A stretch of 62,590 nt of DNA, filler included, from Stramenopiles sp. TOSAG23-3 (Eukaryota), in NCBI GenBank assembly GCA_900128585.1. It is 37 parts of 37 records of this genome, joined end to end, with 100 filler letters (N's around TTAATTAATTAA, not from the genome) between each part and the next. Parts side by side here need not be neighbours in the genome. Positions count along the whole stretch, not along the records: positions 57,644 to 59,226 come from LT645660.1; positions 59,327 to 60,908 come from LT645661.1; positions 61,009 to 62,590 come from LT645662.1; 34 more parts are not named here. One strand, 5' to 3'. Shown here in pieces: positions 58,281 to 62,590 of this stretch. How positions within the stretch are numbered: the stretch's first letter is position 1; each line of letters begins with the position of its first letter. Made by a program: the position numbers and the translations under genes. The notes beneath the pieces are model-generated. The model saw only the letters and a program-made list of their open reading frames with translations, ran no database searches and was not told the origin of the DNA.

Positions 58281-59226
58281 TCACTCGCCTCCGCTCGCCC
58301 TCCCCGCCTCGCCGTTGCCAACTGTCGGCAACATTCCGTAGGCCGACAGTTCGTGCCGTTTGTTTTCCACGCATGCAACAAAGGGCTTTTCCACGAAAGA
58401 GTACAAAATGCATCCAAAAAATACACAACACACAAGCGAGATGGCAAATGAAATCACCAACCATAACGCAAACTCATCCTTTGGCGATACGTTGAATCCT
58501 GTAGCGACGACCTGGCTAACATGTTGGACAACGATTCTGTGGACCAAGAGTATGGAGAACAGACAGCGAGAGATCGGCGTGAAGATCCGAAACCCGAGTG
58601 CTTTGCTTATCTTGCTCTGCCTGTTTCTCATCAACAAAGACAGCAAGACCCCCAGCGCGATAGAGTTTATCGTAGGGCCCAACAGCAAAAGGTATATCCC
58701 CAACTTCCCTCCAACGCCCACTTCCTCCACTGTAGGATGGTAAGAAAACTCTGATGTTACGACCATTACCAGAAATGCCACAAAGGCTTGGACCAGAGAC
58801 AGCAGGTTTTTGCATCTCTTCTTTCTCAAGATGGACATTTTCCTGCCGCTGGTTTCTCGACGACGACCATGCGCGCGCTGAAGGAAAATGTCGCTGGTGC
58901 TTTCGTCAAACATGCTGTCAGAGGATTCCCACGAATCACGTTTCCGCCTAGATGGAGAATTTCCAGCAATAGGCGATAGGCTTCCCGTTGGTATTTTAGT
59001 ACGCACGTTTGCCAGGTCTTGGGCATCTCGAGCGACTTCTTCGTACTGCAGAATGGCAAAGAACGCCCCGACAAAAAATGGGCTCATTTTCAGAATTGAC
59101 CAGCTGTCAAAAATGCACTTGGAGGACACTTTCCACTGGCTTGTGTGTACGGGCTCCCCCATGAGCGCTGCACCACGAAACGTGAGGCAAGCCAGAACCA
59201 GTGTTGCCGGCACCCTCCACCCAAGG
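58281..59226 (-). CDS. Acyltransferase-3 (NRF-6/OafA-like) membrane protein, C-terminal fragment
   Basis: PFFVG, LGFRIFTPISRCLFSILLVH and ILYSFVEKPF. Confidence 0.75.
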
Positions 59227-59578
59227 NNNNNNNNNNNNNNNNNNNNNNNNNNNNNNNNNNNNNNNNNNNNTTAATTAATTAANNNNNNNNNNNNNNNNNN
59301 NNNNNNNNNNNNNNNNNNNNNNNNNNTTAATTGTAGAAGTAGTAATTTTATTTTTTTTAATTATAAAAATAAAAAAAAAAAAAAAACGACGACGGACTGA
59401 CACCCAACGCATATGAGAACCGTCGTGATTGCTCTTGTGCGCCAGGACTCGACAATAAGAGTCTCTGGAATTGATGGAGACAAATCGCTTTGAAAGATTA
59501 CTTCGGGTTTAGCAACAGTCTCTGGAATCGCTGGAGAAAAGTCGTTTTTTACTTCGGGGGTAAGCAATTAAAATTAAA

Positions 59579-59968
59579 ATGGCGCGCCGTAGAGGCTGTA
59601 CTTACTTCTCCCATTATGCGAGGAATTCACTCCTCGGTGTTTTTAGTGTAAATGCCTTGATGTGCGTTGCAGTTTTTAACGGTGCCTTTAGTGTCGTTTC
59701 TGGTAATTCTGTTTTCTCCGTCCTCTCCATAAATTCCTTTATGAGCATGTGCAGTATAAATAGTGCATTCGCGGTTGGGTGCGTCCAAGAAACCTTCAAA
59801 ATTTGCAACGGGTCCAGTTTACTTTTATTGTTTGGTGGGGTTTTCTACGCTTTGTCGCTCATACTTGCTGCTATTTTTCTTGGCAAGAAGTACGCATATA
59901 GTCAAGAGTTTTCTCGCGCGACTGCAAGCCTCTTGCCGAATAATGTGATGGAATACAACAAACAATGA
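59579..59968 (+). CDS. Small hydrophobic protein with periodic Ser-hydrophobic repeats
   Basis: NSLLGVFSVNA...NSVFSVLSINSFMSMCSINSAFAVGC followed by a TM helix. Confidence 0.6.
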   Translation: MARRRGCTYFSHYARNSLLGVFSVNALMCVAVFNGAFSVVSGNSVFSVLSINSFMSMCSINSAFAVGCVQETFKICNGSSLLLLFGGVFYALSLILAAIFLGKKYAYSQEFSRATASLLPNNVMEYNKQ

Positions 59969-60464
59969 TAAAATTTGAGAAGCTTTCATCTAAATGCAAC
60001 GCTACTTGTTTTCCTTTCAGGATGTCCATGCATTGTAGTAGTAAGAATTCTTACGAACATAAGTAGCTATGATATAGAAAAGTTATCTCCTTGATAGATT
60101 TTAAACTGGATTGGCTTACGATTAAAAGTAAAATATGAAAACGAAGGAAGACCCGTCTTTAACCGTGACCGCGCGAGGAGAAGCCGAGTGGCCTGCTCGT
60201 CGAACGCCAGCGTCATTGATTCACAGAAACAATGAAAATGGATGAGGTTGAAATGTGGCCGTCAGAGCTCTCGCGTACGAGGAGGTATAATTAACAAAAA
60301 ACAACATTCCGATGATCTCACTTTCTCACTTCTTATTATATCTATCTCATTCACAATGGAATTGTTTTTACAATTTGTAAGCAATTTGAATCGGTTTGTT
60401 TTATTATAGAAATTGTGTACTTTTTGCATTTGTCCCGTTCTGTCTTTCCTAGAAGGGGTTACAA

Positions 60465-60851
60465 ATGACAATATACGAAACGGCCTATTGGGCATATGGT
60501 TATTTCGTTCCTTGGTTTTGGGTAGGTGTTGGGGCTCAGCTCGGCTGTATTGCGTCTATAAAAGCAGTCATGGAAAGTAAAAATGGCGTTGTGGTTATGT
60601 CCCTCGGGCCTTATGGGTTACTTTTGCCTTTGATTTCTGCAGGATTCGGTATGGTTTGCAATGGCATTGCTGCGGAAATACTTGTACTATTGAATGCCAA
60701 TTTTTATGTTCGGATTCCACTCATGTATTGCTTCGCAACGTATTTGTTTTCATTTGTGAAAGGACGCGTTATTGATATCCTTGGCGGGAAGGACCCGAAA
60801 AATGGGGATCCGAAAAAGAACTTTGAGAAAAAGGAGGATGCAAAAAAGTAG
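60465..60851 (+). CDS. Small multi-pass membrane protein
   Basis: 128-aa ORF with about three TM segments and a Lys-rich tail. Confidence 0.55.
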   Translation: MTIYETAYWAYGYFVPWFWVGVGAQLGCIASIKAVMESKNGVVVMSLGPYGLLLPLISAGFGMVCNGIAAEILVLLNANFYVRIPLMYCFATYLFSFVKGRVIDILGGKDPKNGDPKKNFEKKEDAKK

Positions 60852-61236
60852 AACGCGCAAAGCTTTGGAAACGGTGGGGGGGGGGGATGAGGAAAGGGCT
60901 CGGACGTTNNNNNNNNNNNNNNNNNNNNNNNNNNNNNNNNNNNNNNNNNNNNTTAATTAATTAANNNNNNNNNNNNNNNNNNNNNNNNNNNNNNNNNNNN
61001 NNNNNNNNGACGACTATTACTAGTCGTCTACTATTAATTTTCACAGCATGGAGTTAGTGTTATCTAAAATAACAGGTAATAACATCTAGTTTAATTTTCA
61101 CTATACCCAATTTATAGGTAAATATTTACAAGTATAACATTTTTAGTTTTTGCGACGATAAAAATTCAGCTGCCTACTAAGGCTTTATACGTAAATGGTG
61201 TATGTATAATGAAGACAATGTGCTTTTTGCATTTTA

Positions 61237-62590
61237 TCAGAACATATCCTGCAGAGGCGTCAGAATTTCATTATCCTCCATGGCTTTTTCCAGAACAGAA
61301 TGCCACCAATATATTTGCCCTCTGGAGTCACCCGTGACCATTTGCAATTGATCTTTCGACACACGGATTGCTGTAACTCTGCCGTTATGTGCCTTGTACA
61401 CTGTATTGAGCACCAGTCTCCAATTAGGCTCGAACTTTTTTCCCTCCTCGGAAGACTTTAACAGCTGCTCCATCGTCAACACACTGCGAACAGTTTCTAC
61501 AGATACTCGGACTTGTAAAGTCGGGCGCACCTTCTGGTGTTTACTAAGGAGTAATGACGCGGTTTCCAGCTTTCTTGTTTCACCCAACAACGCGTAGAAA
61601 CTTCGGCGTCTGTCTTTCCTCTGAGCGGTGCTTCCGACGCTGCCGAGAGACGACACCGACGAGGATGCAGCTGAGCGGTTCGGTACCGGAGAAATGTCGG
61701 CTTCAGATTCGTCGGCAGAAATTGACATGGGATTGTTTTCCCTCAACGATGACACAAGCTTGTCCGATTTGTGCCGCAAAGACCATAACGCGACTGTGCC
61801 GTCTTCGTGGCCCGTAACTACGTCTATACCATCTTGCCAGTCTTCGCACGCCGTTACTGTCGCGTAGGATATTGGGGACAGTTCGACGTGCCGCATGGCA
61901 ACTGCCGCCAGCAAGTTTCCGTTTATGCCCCATAATCGAACGCTTGCAGAATTGGCCGTCAGGATGTTGCCACTTTTTCGGTTGATGGACACACTGCGTA
62001 TTGCGCTTTCGTGCCCTTCCAACAACCTAACGAACTTGCTCTCGGATATATCCCACACGATGGCGGAGCAATCGTTGGAGCCAGTAACTATAATCCCATT
62101 GGTCGTGCATATCGATACGCACGTTATCGCCCTCTCGTGGCCACAAAGTCGTCCCTTCAACCTCAATGCTCGCCTCCCTTCTTTGAGCACGTACCATATT
62201 GCTCCGTTTGTGTCTTCGCCACCGGTTACCAAAATTCTCCCGTCATCTGAAAATGCGGCGCAACTTACTATTCCGTCGTGCAACGAATCGTGCGCCGCGA
62301 CAACCCTTCCAATTTCCCGATGGCGAGGCGTGACAACTTTGGTGTGGATCTGTACAGAGCCATCGGGGTGGCCCCAAGTTAAATATTTCCTGTACGTCGG
62401 CGGATGCAGTATTGCCCCATACCGAGCCTTGTCTGTGTTGGAAGACCCACCAACGCCTTCCGTCATTGAACGAACGTACATTACTCGCTTACCAGAAAGA
62501 ATTCGGATGTCCCCGACCGGTCCCAGATTCACGTTGTTCGTCATCAGACTCTTGAGTACTTGCGATGCCTTTTGCAATACGCTGTCGTCT
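61237..62590 (-). CDS. C-terminal WD40 region of a BEACH-domain protein (WDFY3/LvsA/SPIRRIG-like)
   Basis: YLTWGHPDGS, FSDDGRILVTGGED, LCGHERAITCV..IIVTGSNDCSAIVWD...FVRLL and VSINRKSGNI. Confidence 0.75.
   Translation of the reverse strand, partial: DDSVLQKASQVLKSLMTNNVNLGPVGDIRILSGKRVMYVRSMTEGVGGSSNTDKARYGAILHPPTYRKYLTWGHPDGSVQIHTKVVTPRHREIGRVVAAHDSLHDGIVSCAAFSDDGRILVTGGEDTNGAIWYVLKEGRRALRLKGRLCGHERAITCVSICTTNGIIVTGSNDCSAIVWDISESKFVRLLEGHESAIRSVSINRKSGNILTANSASVRLWGINGNLLAAVAMRHVELSPISYATVTACEDWQDGIDVVTGHEDGTVALWSLRHKSDKLVSSLRENNPMSISADESEADISPVPNRSAASSSVSSLGSVGSTAQRKDRRRSFYALLGETRKLETASLLLSKHQKVRPTLQVRVSVETVRSVLTMEQLLKSSEEGKKFEPNWRLVLNTVYKAHNGRVTAIRVSKDQLQMVTGDSRGQIYWWHSVLEKAMEDNEILTPLQDMF

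Noticed and set aside
59459-59558. Two ~45-nt direct repeats as a mini CRISPR array
   Set aside because: Only two diverged units with no spacer series and no cas genes, in a eukaryotic context. On the minus strand it reads as a peptide repeat (PEV...D.SP.IPET).
61009-61028. Hairpin GACGACTA-ttac-TAGTCGTC as a terminator or ncRNA
   Set aside because: An isolated 8-bp stem at a contig edge with no other support.
1-62590. Operon-like or gene-cluster reading of adjacent genes (e.g. the two Pmp-like surface genes at 39157-42003)
   Set aside because: Neighbours across spacers are independent contigs ordered by length.

Overview
This window is not a continuous locus. It is 37 short contigs (about 1.6 kb each, slowly decreasing in length) joined by an artificial 100-nt spacer (N44-TTAATTAATTAA-N44), so gene neighbourhood across spacers means nothing. 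The DNA is eukaryotic: it has GT-AG introns and SF3A2, COMMD4, ubiquitin, centrin and a BEACH-type WD40 gene, with GC-richer exons and very AT-rich, microsatellite-laden intergenic DNA. NME7 and centrin imply a flagellate. A CryptonS-like relic, CRT-like and MLO genes, and Pmp/BNR surface proteins fit a heterotrophic stramenopile such as a MAST lineage (inference). Fold-back inversions at contig ends suggest a whole-genome-amplified single-cell assembly, and several genes carry apparent indels. Most genes are truncated by contig ends. No rRNA, tRNA or CRISPR array was seen. Best leads: (1) a WW-WW/TM/EGF-repeat receptor-like gene whose frameshift is corrected by an inverted copy in the same contig; (2) a MoxR/RavA-like AAA+ fused to a vWA domain; (3) a complete MLO-family gene; (4) an ~90-bp repeat family that recurs 3' of genes on four contigs; (5) a split SF1 helicase, Crypton-like and MULE/Kolobok-like relics, and a Ser65-to-Ala ubiquitin. 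All family calls are motif recognition by eye and have not been tested by database search.
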